Shown here: one piece after another, positions 9,862-19,119 of the stretch | Layout of the letters: every line of letters begins with the position of its first letter | Position numbering within the stretch: position 1 is the first letter of the stretch | Assembly (NCBI GenBank): GCA_963717145.1 | Contig: OY970325.1 | Coordinates: 1,056,001 to 1,120,000 of the forward strand | Length of the DNA stretch: 64,000 bases | Direction of reading: 5' to 3' | Source of the DNA: an uncultured Armatimonadetes bacterium | GTDB lineage: Bacteria > Armatimonadota > UBA5829 > DTJY01 | Notes under the pieces: generated by a model | The model's database searches: none | What the model was told of the DNA's origin: nothing | The model's input: only the letters and a program-made list of their open reading frames with translations | Program-made: the position numbers and the translations under genes

Positions 9862-10134
9862 GGGGTCTCCGGCGAAGGACTCCGGACGTCCGGCGAAGCT
9901 CCGCCTCCGGGCGGCGCGCCTTCCGGGACGTCCGGAGAGGTCTCCGGCCCGTATGGCGAGGTTCGCGGGACGTCCGGGGAGGTCTCCGGCCCGTATGGCG
10001 AGGTTCGCGGGACGTCCGGGGGAGTTCGCCGGGTCTCCGGGGAAGTGTGCCGCCTGTATGGCGACCTTCCGCTTCCGGGCGGGGAAGTTCGGCGGAAGGC
10101 GGGTGGGGCGGGATCCACGCTCGGAGAGGGGCGA
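9862..10134. repeat. Degenerate 21-bp-period tandem array (~13 units, including a near-exact 42-bp duplication at 9925-10008)
   Basis: Units such as gggacgtccggagaggtctcc / ggcccgtatggcgaggttcgc; GG fixed at unit positions 10-11. Confidence 0.85.
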
Positions 10135-10154
10135 ACGGCGGCCCTTGCCACGTC

Positions 10155-11996
10155 CTACATGGGTTTGGCCCACCACTGCGGGTCCACATCCGCGAAGAGG
10201 CAGTCGCGCTCTTCGAGGACCTTGTAGGCGTCCCAGTCCTTCTGGTCGATGGGGACGCCGGACGCCTTCTTGCGGATGAGTGAGGCCAGCTTCTGGAAGC
10301 TCTTGTAGTGATCGGTGAGCCGCGACTCGCCGTAGTCCTTCGACGCCCTGGTCGAGATGCTGAACTGCCAGTCGGAGGATTGGAGGAGGAGCAGCTCCCT
10401 CGCCGCCTGCTTGAGGATCGGGAGCACCTCGGGGTTGTCGCCGAACTTCGCCACGAGATCCTGCATCTCCAACTCGGCATCGTAGACGCACGGCCACGTC
10501 CACTCGGTCTCCTGATTGAGCCACATGTAGTGGAAGCCGCCCTCGCCCCACGATCCCTCAGGGAGCGCTATGCTCGCGGTCGGGGGATTCGCCTCCAGGT
10601 ACTCCGAGCAGGTCACGAGTTGCACGTCGGGCGAGTCGGCCATCCCCTTGAGGACGTGGTAGAGCCAGCGAGTCCCCTCGAACCACCAGTGGCCGAACAA
10701 CTCCGAGTCGTATGGCGCGCAGATGACTCCCGGAGTGCCCTTCACCTCCGCGTAGGCGTCCAGGATATCGCCAGAGAGTTGTACAAAGTGTTCCGCGTGG
10801 GCGCGGATTCTCTCGTCGGCCTTCTCGGGATCGTAGCACTCCTTGTCGCCGAGATCGGCATTCGGACCGGTCACCCGCCAGTACTTCAAGCCGCCCGGTG
10901 TGTGCTTCTTGTGGAATTCGAGATACCATTCGTCGCCGGGGTAGCCGGTCGCGCGGCTCCAGACCTGCTGCCCGGTAGCGTCGTCGCGGAAGAAGACGGC
11001 GATGGGGGGACTCGAGGCGTCCGCATCAGATCCCACGGCTGTAGGGGCGCGCCTTGTGCCGCCCGGCGGGTCACCCACGGCGTCCTCGGGCGGCACAAGG
11101 CGCGCCCCTACAGCCGTGGGCGGCGCTGCCGAAGCATCCGCGTGCGCGGATTCCACGAGGTACGCAGCGTAGGGAGTCTTGCCCGCTGGGAAATCGGTCG
11201 TGACCGCATATTCCTTCCACGTGTCCTCCAGCGCGCCGAAGCGGTCGATATAGACGCCCCTCGTCTCGCCGCCGTGGAGGAGATGCGATTCGGCGAGAAA
11301 GAACTTCAAGCCGCTCTCCGCGAGGAACTCCTCGACCCCCCGGCGATCACACGGATCGATGGTGCGCCCCTTCGGCTGAACGGGCGGCGACCACCGGTAT
11401 CCCGGGCGGTATGCGCACTCGGGCAGCCAGTATCCCTGAGGCGCGCGGCCGAAATGCTTCCGGTAGGTGGCGACCCCCTGCCGAACCTGCGCCTGAATGC
11501 TCGCGTCCTGGGAGAGGAGCGGGGAGTAGCCGTGCGTCGCAGAACTCGTGATGATCTCGATGTGCCCGGCATCCTGGAGCGCGGCAAATGCGCCGATGAG
11601 CGACTTCTGGTAGCGCTTCTTGAAGCGGTCCATGATGCCCGAGTACAACTCATGCCAGAAGTCCGCCTGCCGGGCGCAGGACTCGTTGTTCAGTCGGGCG
11701 AAGGTCCGCTTGTCGTTCGCGGCGGCCTTGATCTGCTCGCGGAGGTAGGCCTGGAACTCGTACTTGAAGCTGGTATCGGCGAGCTGCTCCGCGAGTACGG
11801 GGGTGATGCCGATCGTGATCCTCGGGGAGTATCCCTCCTCGACTAGGTCGTACAGCGCATCGAGGAGCGGGACGTAGGACGACGCGGCAACCTCGTGCAG
11901 CCAACTCGTGCCGTGGGGCCACCGTCCGTGCGAGAGCACGTATGGTATATGCGAGTGCAGCACAAATGCGAATGATCCGGGCATGGCAGCGGGCAA
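10155..11996 (-). CDS. GH57 family 1,4-alpha-glucan branching enzyme (DUF1957) carrying an in-frame REP doublet insertion
   Basis: HSHIPYV, SSATHGY, WLPECAY, APYDSELFGHWWFEG, ARELLLLQSSDWQF; TTG 11996 after AAGGAG (ATG 11984 is an alternative start). Confidence 0.92.
   Translation of the reverse strand: MPAAMPGSFAFVLHSHIPYVLSHGRWPHGTSWLHEVAASSYVPLLDALYDLVEEGYSPRITIGITPVLAEQLADTSFKYEFQAYLREQIKAAANDKRTFARLNNESCARQADFWHELYSGIMDRFKKRYQKSLIGAFAALQDAGHIEIITSSATHGYSPLLSQDASIQAQVRQGVATYRKHFGRAPQGYWLPECAYRPGYRWSPPVQPKGRTIDPCDRRGVEEFLAESGLKFFLAESHLLHGGETRGVYIDRFGALEDTWKEYAVTTDFPAGKTPYAAYLVESAHADASAAPPTAVGARLVPPEDAVGDPPGGTRRAPTAVGSDADASSPPIAVFFRDDATGQQVWSRATGYPGDEWYLEFHKKHTPGGLKYWRVTGPNADLGDKECYDPEKADERIRAHAEHFVQLSGDILDAYAEVKGTPGVICAPYDSELFGHWWFEGTRWLYHVLKGMADSPDVQLVTCSEYLEANPPTASIALPEGSWGEGGFHYMWLNQETEWTWPCVYDAELEMQDLVAKFGDNPEVLPILKQAARELLLLQSSDWQFSISTRASKDYGESRLTDHYKSFQKLASLIRKKASGVPIDQKDWDAYKVLEERDCLFADVDPQWWAKPM
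11032..11120. repeat. GTAG-type REP doublet (REPIN) inside GH57 CDS
   Basis: Perfect 34-bp inverted arms cccacggctgtaggggcgcgccttgtgccgcccg (11032-11065) and complement (11087-11120). Confidence 0.93.
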
Positions 11997-12067
11997 GGTG
12001 GGACGCTCCTTTCGACTATTCGAGGATAACATATGCACCCCGACCTGTCAACGCGGAGACGGCAGAG

Positions 12068-12174
12068 GTCTGTAGGGGCGTGCCTTGTGCCGCCCGGTGC
12101 GGGGTTCGCGGGCGGCACAAGGCACGCCCCTACAGACGGCTTGTCGTTCCGGGCGGCACGAGGCACGCCCCTAC
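12068..12174. repeat. GTAG-type REP doublet plus a third single arm
   Basis: gtctgtaggggcgtgccttgtgccgcccg ... cgggcggcacaaggcacgcccctacagac (12068-12137); extra arm 12150-12174. Confidence 0.9.
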
Positions 12175-12185
12175 CCGGGCGCTGC

Positions 12186-12215
12186 TTGCCCGGACTCACC
12201 GCCTGCTGGTACAAT
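12186..12215 (+). promoter_or_regulatory. Putative sigma70 promoter for PHP gene
   Basis: TTGCCC-N18-TACAAT with TG extended -10. Confidence 0.5.
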
Positions 12216-12231
12216 GAGCGGGGTTACGGTT

Positions 12232-13098
12232 ATGGAACAAGAGACGAAGAGCCCGGGACGGGCGGACCTTCACGTTCACAGTACCGCATCGGACGGCATG
12301 CTTACACCGGAGCAGGTCGTCCGTGAGGCGGCGAAGATCGGCCTGTACGCGGTCGGGATCGCAGACCACGACACGATCGAGGGGATCGAGCCGGCATTGG
12401 CGGCCGGGGAGGATGCGGGCGTCGTCGTCGTGCCGGGGATCGAGATCAACACGGACGTCGAGAAGGACGAGGTACACGTCCTCGGCTACTATGTGGACCA
12501 TCGCTCGGCACCGTTCAGGAAGCAGATCGACATCCTGCGCACCGGGCGTTACGAGCGCGGGAAGCGGATGGTCGAGCAGTTGAACGCGGTTGGGATCGCG
12601 ATCACCTTCGACCGGGTCAAGAAGATCGCCGGGGACGCCTCTATCGGGAGGCCCCACGTGGCGCGGGCGATCGTGGAGGCGGGATACGTCCGGAGCATCA
12701 ACGGCGCGTTCGGCAAGTTCCTCGTCCGGGGCGCGCCGGGATACGTCGCGCGGTACAAGCTCACGCCCGTCGAGGCGGTCGGACTCATCCTCAGGGCGGG
12801 CGGTGTGCCGGTGCTCGCACATCCCGGCCACGGGAAGATGTCGGAGTCGATGATCCCCGAGTTGGTACGTGCCGGGCTTCGCGGCATCGAGGTCTATCAC
12901 ACCGATCACACGGCGGCTCAGAGCAAATGGTTTCGCCGGATCGCCGAGAAGACCGGGATGATAATCACCGGCGGGTCGGATTCGCACGGGCCGGGGATGA
13001 TGAAGAACACCGTGATCGGAAACGTGACGATCGACGGGGCCGTGGTGGAGCAGCTCCGCGCGGCGTCGGACGAGATTCGAGCCTCCGGATCCTCGTGA
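12232..13098 (+). CDS. PHP domain phosphoesterase (TrpH/YciV-like)
   Basis: DLHVHSTASDG, IADHDT, GRPHVA, LAHP, GGSDSHG. Confidence 0.92.
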   Translation: MEQETKSPGRADLHVHSTASDGMLTPEQVVREAAKIGLYAVGIADHDTIEGIEPALAAGEDAGVVVVPGIEINTDVEKDEVHVLGYYVDHRSAPFRKQIDILRTGRYERGKRMVEQLNAVGIAITFDRVKKIAGDASIGRPHVARAIVEAGYVRSINGAFGKFLVRGAPGYVARYKLTPVEAVGLILRAGGVPVLAHPGHGKMSESMIPELVRAGLRGIEVYHTDHTAAQSKWFRRIAEKTGMIITGGSDSHGPGMMKNTVIGNVTIDGAVVEQLRAASDEIRASGSS

Positions 13099-13134
13099 TT
13101 CCATTCCACATTCTGCATTCCCACTTCCGCATTC
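13099..13134. repeat. Heptamer tandem repeat (TTCYRCA)n
   Basis: ttcca-ttccaca-ttctgca-ttcccac-ttccgca-ttc. Confidence 0.7.
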
Positions 13135-13193
13135 AGCGCGTTTGCTTCTGAGAGCCTTCATGAGGTATAATGATTGGACTGGAAGGCGGCCAA

Positions 13194-14573
13194 ATGCTTA
13201 GGACAGACAAACCCGAGATCCACATTCCCCAATCCGAATTGACGTTCTCCGTCCTCACCTGGGGCTGCCAGATGAACGAGGACGACTCGCGCCAGATCGC
13301 CAATCTCATCGAGCATATGGGCTATCGGCCTGCCGAGAGCGCCTCGGACGCCGACATCATCATGCTGAACACGTGCTCGGTGCGCGAGAAGCCCGAGCAG
13401 AAGGTCCGAAGCAAACTCGGCGAGCTGCGCCTTCTGAAGCTCGAGAAGCCGAACCTGATCATCGGGGTGTGCGGTTGCATGGCGCAGAGGGACGGCCTGG
13501 CGCTCCGGAAGTCGATGCCGTTCATAGACATCGTCGTGGGCACAGCGAGTATCCCCGAGCTTCCGATGCTTATCGAGCAGGTGCTCCAGACCCGCAAGTT
13601 CACTTCCGCACTCAAGCTGCCGAACCGCAACGGCAGGCTCGGGCCGACTTCGGTGACTCGAGTGGTCGGCAAGGTCGGGCGCAAGATGTTCGTGCCCGTC
13701 ATGTACGGGTGCGACAACTTCTGCGCGTACTGCGTCGTGCCTCAGGTCCGAGGCCCGGAACGGAGTCGGCCTTCCGCCGAGATCATCGCCGAGATCGAGC
13801 AGTTGGTGGCGAAGGGCTGCAAGGAAGTCACCCTCGTCGGCCAGAATGTCAACAGCTATCGTGGGGAGAGTGGGGGAGACGGAGTCGCCCCCTCGGACTT
13901 CGCTGAGCTTCTCGACAGGATCGACGATATCGCCGGGCTGGAGAGGATCCGGTTCACCACGTCTCACCCGAAGGACCTGAGCGGTCGGCTGATTGCGGCC
14001 ATTGCGGAATTCCCCAAGGTGTGCGAGCATCTCCATCTTCCGCTGCAATCGGGGGATAACGACGTGCTTCGGAGAATGGGTCGCGGATACACGATCGAGC
14101 ACTACGTCGATCTGGTGGACAGGCTGCGGATTCGCGTCCCCGGTATCACCATCACCACAGACATTATGATCGGCTTCCCCGGAGAGACCGGCACACAGTT
14201 CCGGAACACGCTCGATGCGATGGAGGCGATCCGATTCGACGGTGCATTCATGTTTGCCTTCAACCCGAGGCCCGGCACCGCCGCGGCCGAGATGGACGGC
14301 CAGATCGAGAACAAGACCAAGACAAGGCGGCTCGTGGAACTGATCGCGGTCCAGAACGAGATCACTTTGGAGTCTAACCAGGAGCGCGTCGGACAGGTCT
14401 TCGAAGTCCTGGCGGAAGGACCGAGCGAGCGCGATCCGTCTCGGATGACCGGCTACACCAGGCACAACAAGACCGTGAACTTCAAGGCCGACGCCCGGGT
14501 TGCCGGGAAGCTCGTGATGGTCCGAGCGGAGAAGGCCCATCCGTGGGGGTTCTCGGGCGAGATCGTTAGCTGA
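13194..14573 (+). CDS. miaB: tRNA-2-methylthio-N6-dimethylallyladenosine synthase
   Basis: TWGCQMNEDDS, NTCSVRE, radical SAM CDNFCAYC, C-terminal TRAM domain. Confidence 0.95.
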   Translation: MLRTDKPEIHIPQSELTFSVLTWGCQMNEDDSRQIANLIEHMGYRPAESASDADIIMLNTCSVREKPEQKVRSKLGELRLLKLEKPNLIIGVCGCMAQRDGLALRKSMPFIDIVVGTASIPELPMLIEQVLQTRKFTSALKLPNRNGRLGPTSVTRVVGKVGRKMFVPVMYGCDNFCAYCVVPQVRGPERSRPSAEIIAEIEQLVAKGCKEVTLVGQNVNSYRGESGGDGVAPSDFAELLDRIDDIAGLERIRFTTSHPKDLSGRLIAAIAEFPKVCEHLHLPLQSGDNDVLRRMGRGYTIEHYVDLVDRLRIRVPGITITTDIMIGFPGETGTQFRNTLDAMEAIRFDGAFMFAFNPRPGTAAAEMDGQIENKTKTRRLVELIAVQNEITLESNQERVGQVFEVLAEGPSERDPSRMTGYTRHNKTVNFKADARVAGKLVMVRAEKAHPWGFSGEIVS

Positions 14574-14640
14574 GTATGGGAGTGTGGGAGTACGGGAGTG
14601 ATTCTTCCCCCACACCCCCACACTCCCATACTCCCACACT
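14572..14640. repeat. Inverted octamer-tandem hairpin, same family as 1254-1312
   Basis: gagtatgggagtgtgggagtacgggagt ... cccccacacccccacactcccatactcccacact. Confidence 0.85.
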
Positions 14641-14655
14641 TCAGCTGGTGAACAG

Positions 14656-17244
14656 ATGACCGCGAAACTGACCCCCATGCTCCGGCAGTATATGGCGATC
14701 AAGCAGGAGCATCCGGACGTGATCCTCATGTGCCGCCTGGGCGACTTCTACGAGATCTTCGGCGATGACGCCAAGATCGCCGCCCAGGAGTTGGAGATCA
14801 CGCTTACCTCCCGTGACGCCGGACGCGCCGGCCGGATGCCGATGTGCGGCGTGCCCTACCACTCGGTCGATCGCTATGTCGCGCGCCTCATCAGCAAGGG
14901 ATACCGGGTCGCCATTTGCGATCAGATGGAGAACCCGAAGCTCGCGAAGGGACTCGTCAAGCGTGAGGTCACCCGCGTCGTCACACCGGGCACGATCCTC
15001 GAGGACTCGATGCTCCAGGCCGGCAGCAACAACTACCTCGTCGCTCCTTCTCGCAGACAGGAGACATTCGGTCTGGCGGTGATCGACATCTCGACCGGCG
15101 AATTCCTCGTGACCGAGATGGTTTCCGAGCAGGGGTTCCTCGATGAGATCGGTAGACTCTCGCCCGCGGAGGTACTCCTCCCCGAGGAAAGCGACGATCT
15201 CACGGCTCGGATCAGGGAGGCATGCAGCGCCCGGTTCACAGTTTTCTCACTCGACGGGTTCATGTCGTCGAGGGATATCCTCCTCAAGCATTTCGGCACA
15301 TCGTCGCTCAGGGGTTTCGACTGCGAGGACTTCACCTCGGGGATCGACTCCGCCGCATCGGTCATCAAGTACCTCGAGGCGACCCAACCCGCCGTGCTCA
15401 ATCACATTCGCTCGCTTGCAACGTACTCTACCTCAGGTTTCATGGTGCTCGATTCCGCGAGCCGGCGCAACCTCGAACTCACGCAGTCGATGTTCGACGG
15501 CTCGAAGAACAAGAGCCTGCTTCAGGTACTCGACATGACTGTGACTCCTATGGGCGGACGGCTGATGCGGAAGTGGATCGAGCAGCCGCTGCTCGACGTC
15601 GAGGGCATCAGGACGCGTCTCGATGCAGTCGAAGGCCTGCACGGCGATCTGCTGATAAGAAGCGGCCTCCGGGAGACGCTCCAACGCATCGCCGACCTGG
15701 AGCGCCTGATATCGCGGACGGTCGCCAAGACCGCCAACGCGCGCGACTTGATCGGCCTGCGGGATTCGCTTCTTGCGCTTCCAGAGGTCGGAAACGCGCT
15801 GTCGGCCTCGGAGAATACACTGCTTCAAGACCTTGCGGACGCGACCGTCGGATTGGATCCAGTGGCTGAGATCATCACCGCAGCGATCGCCGAGGAGCCG
15901 CCGGTGATCCTGCGCGACGGGGGGATGATCAAGCCGGGGTTCAGTGCCGACCTCGACACACTTCGGAAGGCCGGCAAGGACGGCAAGTCGTGGATCGCGA
16001 GCCTTGAAACCGATGAGCGGAATCGGACCGGCATCAAGTCGCTCAAGGTCGGCTACAACTCGGTCTTCGGCTACTACATCGAGGTCAGCAAGTCGAACCA
16101 GGCGCTCGTGCCGGAGGACTATATCCGCAAGCAGACGACCGTCAGCGGAGAGCGCTACATCACCCCGCAGCTCAAGGAATACGAGGCGACGGTTCTCGGC
16201 GCCGAGGAACGGGCGGTCCAACTCGAATACGACCTCTTCTGCGCGGTCCGGGATCAGGTCGCGGAAGAGGCCGAGCACGTGCTGAATGCCGGGAGAGCCA
16301 TCGCGCAGGTGGATGTCCTCTGCTCGCTTGCGGAGGTCGCGGCGGTCAATCGGTACTGCAAGCCGGAGATCGACGGCGGCGCGGAGATCGTCATCCGGAA
16401 CGGTCGGCATCCGGTCGTCGAGCGTCTCCAACAGGACGAGCTTTTTGTCCCGAACGACTGCCTGCTCGACTGTGGGGAGAATCAGCTTCTGATCATCACA
16501 GGCCCGAACATGGCCGGCAAGTCCACATATCTTCGACAGGTCGCGCTGATCGCGCTCCTGGCACAGATCGGCAGCTTCGTGCCCGCTGATTCCGCGAGGA
16601 TCGGGATCGTCGATCGGATATTCACTAGGGTAGGGGCGCACGATGAGCTTTCCTCCGGGCAGAGCACATTCATGGTGGAGATGAACGAGACGGCCAATAT
16701 TTTGAACAACGCAACCGACCGCAGCCTGATCATCCTCGACGAGATCGGACGCGGGACGAGCACCTTCGACGGCCTCTCGATCGCATGGGCGGTCGCGGAG
16801 TACATCAAGGGGATCGGCTCGAAGACGCTCTTCGCGACGCACTATCACCATCTCAACGACCTCGAGAAGACGATGCCGGGAGTCAAGAACTACCGGATCG
16901 CCGTAAAGGAAGATGACGAGCGCGTGATCTGGCTGCGGAAGATCGTTCCCGGCGGCACCGACCGAAGCTACGGCATCCAGGTCGCGAGACTCGCGGGCCT
17001 TCCGAAGGAGGTCATCGAGCGCGCCAAGGAGGTTCTCTGGACACTCGAGAGCAACGGTACCTCGAAGGGTCAACTCGGCCGCGAGACGAAGGTCCAGGCG
17101 AAGACGGAGCGGCTCCAGCTAACCCTATTCGAGGCCGAGCCGCACCCCGTGCTCGAGGAACTCCAGCGTCTCGACACGAGCGTGATGACCCCGATCGAGG
17201 CGCTCACAGCACTGTACGATCTGCAGAGGAAGCTCAAGAGCTAG
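14656..17244 (+). CDS. mutS: DNA mismatch repair protein MutS
   Basis: TPMLRQY, GDFYE, GPNMAGKST, DEIGRGT, ATHYH, SYGIQVA. Confidence 0.98.
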   Translation: MTAKLTPMLRQYMAIKQEHPDVILMCRLGDFYEIFGDDAKIAAQELEITLTSRDAGRAGRMPMCGVPYHSVDRYVARLISKGYRVAICDQMENPKLAKGLVKREVTRVVTPGTILEDSMLQAGSNNYLVAPSRRQETFGLAVIDISTGEFLVTEMVSEQGFLDEIGRLSPAEVLLPEESDDLTARIREACSARFTVFSLDGFMSSRDILLKHFGTSSLRGFDCEDFTSGIDSAASVIKYLEATQPAVLNHIRSLATYSTSGFMVLDSASRRNLELTQSMFDGSKNKSLLQVLDMTVTPMGGRLMRKWIEQPLLDVEGIRTRLDAVEGLHGDLLIRSGLRETLQRIADLERLISRTVAKTANARDLIGLRDSLLALPEVGNALSASENTLLQDLADATVGLDPVAEIITAAIAEEPPVILRDGGMIKPGFSADLDTLRKAGKDGKSWIASLETDERNRTGIKSLKVGYNSVFGYYIEVSKSNQALVPEDYIRKQTTVSGERYITPQLKEYEATVLGAEERAVQLEYDLFCAVRDQVAEEAEHVLNAGRAIAQVDVLCSLAEVAAVNRYCKPEIDGGAEIVIRNGRHPVVERLQQDELFVPNDCLLDCGENQLLIITGPNMAGKSTYLRQVALIALLAQIGSFVPADSARIGIVDRIFTRVGAHDELSSGQSTFMVEMNETANILNNATDRSLIILDEIGRGTSTFDGLSIAWAVAEYIKGIGSKTLFATHYHHLNDLEKTMPGVKNYRIAVKEDDERVIWLRKIVPGGTDRSYGIQVARLAGLPKEVIERAKEVLWTLESNGTSKGQLGRETKVQAKTERLQLTLFEAEPHPVLEELQRLDTSVMTPIEALTALYDLQRKLKS

Positions 17245-17250
17245 CCGGAG

Positions 17251-17286
17251 GTCCGACCAGTCCGATGAGTCAGACCTGTCGGACAG
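17251..17286. repeat. Nonamer tandem repeat (GTCNGAYNN)x4
   Basis: gtccgacca-gtccgatga-gtcagacct-gtcggacag between mutS and mutL. Confidence 0.6.
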
Positions 17287-17293
17287 AGACAAT

Positions 17294-19105
17294 ATGAACG
17301 AACAACGTCCTGACCGAATCATAACAGTCTTGGACGACGTCACCGCGAACAAGATCGCGGCCGGCGAGGTCATCGAACGCCCGGCGTCTGTCGTGAAGGA
17401 GCTTGTCGAGAACGCGCTCGACGCACGGGCCAACGAGATCCGCATCGAACTCCAGGACGGCGGTAAGCGGCTGATCCGGGTGACCGACAACGGGATCGGC
17501 ATGTCGCGCGAGGACGCCATCCTCTGCCTGAGGAGGCACGCGACCTCGAAGCTCCATTCCGCCGACGACCTCTTCAACATCAGAACGCTCGGCTTCCGGG
17601 GCGAGGCGCTCCCGAGCATCGCATCGGTCTCGCGGACGGAGATCGTCACCCGCCGCGAGGGCGACGACTGCGGCACCCAGGTGATCGTTCAGGGCGGTGA
17701 GGTCATCGAGGTCAGTGACGCCGGTTCGCCGGTGGGCACATCGGTTACCGTACACGAATTGTTCTACAACTTGCCCGCGCGCCAGAAGTTTCTCAAGACC
17801 GCTCAGACCGAGTTGAGCCACACCAGCGAACTCGTCGGGCGGTTCGCCGTCTCGCACAATGAGGCCGACATCACGCTGATCCACAACGGCAAGACGATCT
17901 TCCGGGCGGCCGGCTCGACTCATCCCGTCGATGCAATCCTGAGCGTCTTCGGTCGCGACGCGGCGGAGGCGGTCGTGCCGATATTCGGCGAGGCAGGCGC
18001 GTACACGATCACTGGGCTCGTCTCGAAGCCGTCGTACTCGAAGGCAAACCGGTCGGCGCAGCTTTTTTTCGTCAACAGGCGGTGTGTGCGGAATCGCAAC
18101 CTGATCCATGCGCTCGATGAGGCGTACAGGGGCATCCTCCCTCAGGGCCGATTCCCGCTGCTCATGGCATTCGTCGAGGTAGATCCCGAACTGGTCGATG
18201 TCAACGTCCATCCGACCAAGATGGAGGTCAAGTTCACCAAGGAGTGGGAGGTCCACAACCTCCTCGCGATCAGCATCAGGGACGCGCTCTCGTCGAGCAC
18301 CATAGCGCCCGATGGAATGGACATCATCCCGGTGGCGGCAACCTCGGTCCAGAGGCCGACGTTCACGCCATCGTATACACCTCCTCCTCGGCTACCGGTT
18401 TCCTCGAGCCTTGATCTCGACTCGTTCCGTCAGGCGCTCCAGAACAGGATCGATCATCCTGTCGCAGTCGATGCGCCGGCGCCGATGCCGGTCGAAGAGC
18501 AGGACTTGGTCCCAGCAAACCCGAATGACTTCCTGTTGGGGGCCGTCGTCATCGGGCAGGCGAGAAACATGTACATTGTCGCGCAAGGCCCCGCGGGAGT
18601 GCTTCTGATCGACCAGCACGTCGCCCATGAGCGGATCATCCACGATCAGCTCTCGGGCATGACCGGCCGCATGAGCATGCAGCGACTGATGATGCCTTTG
18701 ACGATGATGTTCAGTCACCGGGAGGCGCTCGTCCTGGAGAACAAGCTCGACGAGTTGAGGTCGCTCGGCTTCGAAATCGAGCCGTTCGGGCGGGACACCT
18801 TCGTCGTTCGGACGATTCCGGCTCTGATCGCCGAGAAGAATTACGAGCAGATTCTGCGAGATACGGTCGAGGAACTCGCGGAGTTGACGGTTTCGAGGCG
18901 CTTGATCGTGCAACGCGATGCGATCATCACGACAACCGCGTGCAAGATGGCGGTCAAGGCCGGCGACCGACTTGCGCCGGAGGAGATGATACGGCTCGTC
19001 GAGGATCTCCGGCGCACGAGCAATCCGTACCTATGCCCTCACGGCAGGCCGATAGTCATATGTTTCACCAATCGTGATCTGGACAAGCTATTCGGGAGGA
19101 TGTAA
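17294..19105 (+). CDS. mutL: DNA mismatch repair endonuclease MutL
   Basis: KIAAGEVIERPASVVKELVEN, GFRGEAL, DVNVHPTK, DQHVAHER, ACK, CPHGRP. Confidence 0.98.
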   Translation: MNEQRPDRIITVLDDVTANKIAAGEVIERPASVVKELVENALDARANEIRIELQDGGKRLIRVTDNGIGMSREDAILCLRRHATSKLHSADDLFNIRTLGFRGEALPSIASVSRTEIVTRREGDDCGTQVIVQGGEVIEVSDAGSPVGTSVTVHELFYNLPARQKFLKTAQTELSHTSELVGRFAVSHNEADITLIHNGKTIFRAAGSTHPVDAILSVFGRDAAEAVVPIFGEAGAYTITGLVSKPSYSKANRSAQLFFVNRRCVRNRNLIHALDEAYRGILPQGRFPLLMAFVEVDPELVDVNVHPTKMEVKFTKEWEVHNLLAISIRDALSSSTIAPDGMDIIPVAATSVQRPTFTPSYTPPPRLPVSSSLDLDSFRQALQNRIDHPVAVDAPAPMPVEEQDLVPANPNDFLLGAVVIGQARNMYIVAQGPAGVLLIDQHVAHERIIHDQLSGMTGRMSMQRLMMPLTMMFSHREALVLENKLDELRSLGFEIEPFGRDTFVVRTIPALIAEKNYEQILRDTVEELAELTVSRRLIVQRDAIITTTACKMAVKAGDRLAPEEMIRLVEDLRRTSNPYLCPHGRPIVICFTNRDLDKLFGRM

Positions 19106-19119
19106 CACTGATAACCTAT

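Noticed and set aside
9925-10020. 42-bp repeats as CRISPR or a real protein-coding ORF set
   Set aside because: No unique spacers; the many overlapping ORFs in the track arise from stop-poor GC-rich repeats and lack SD/start support. Kept only as a repeat array.
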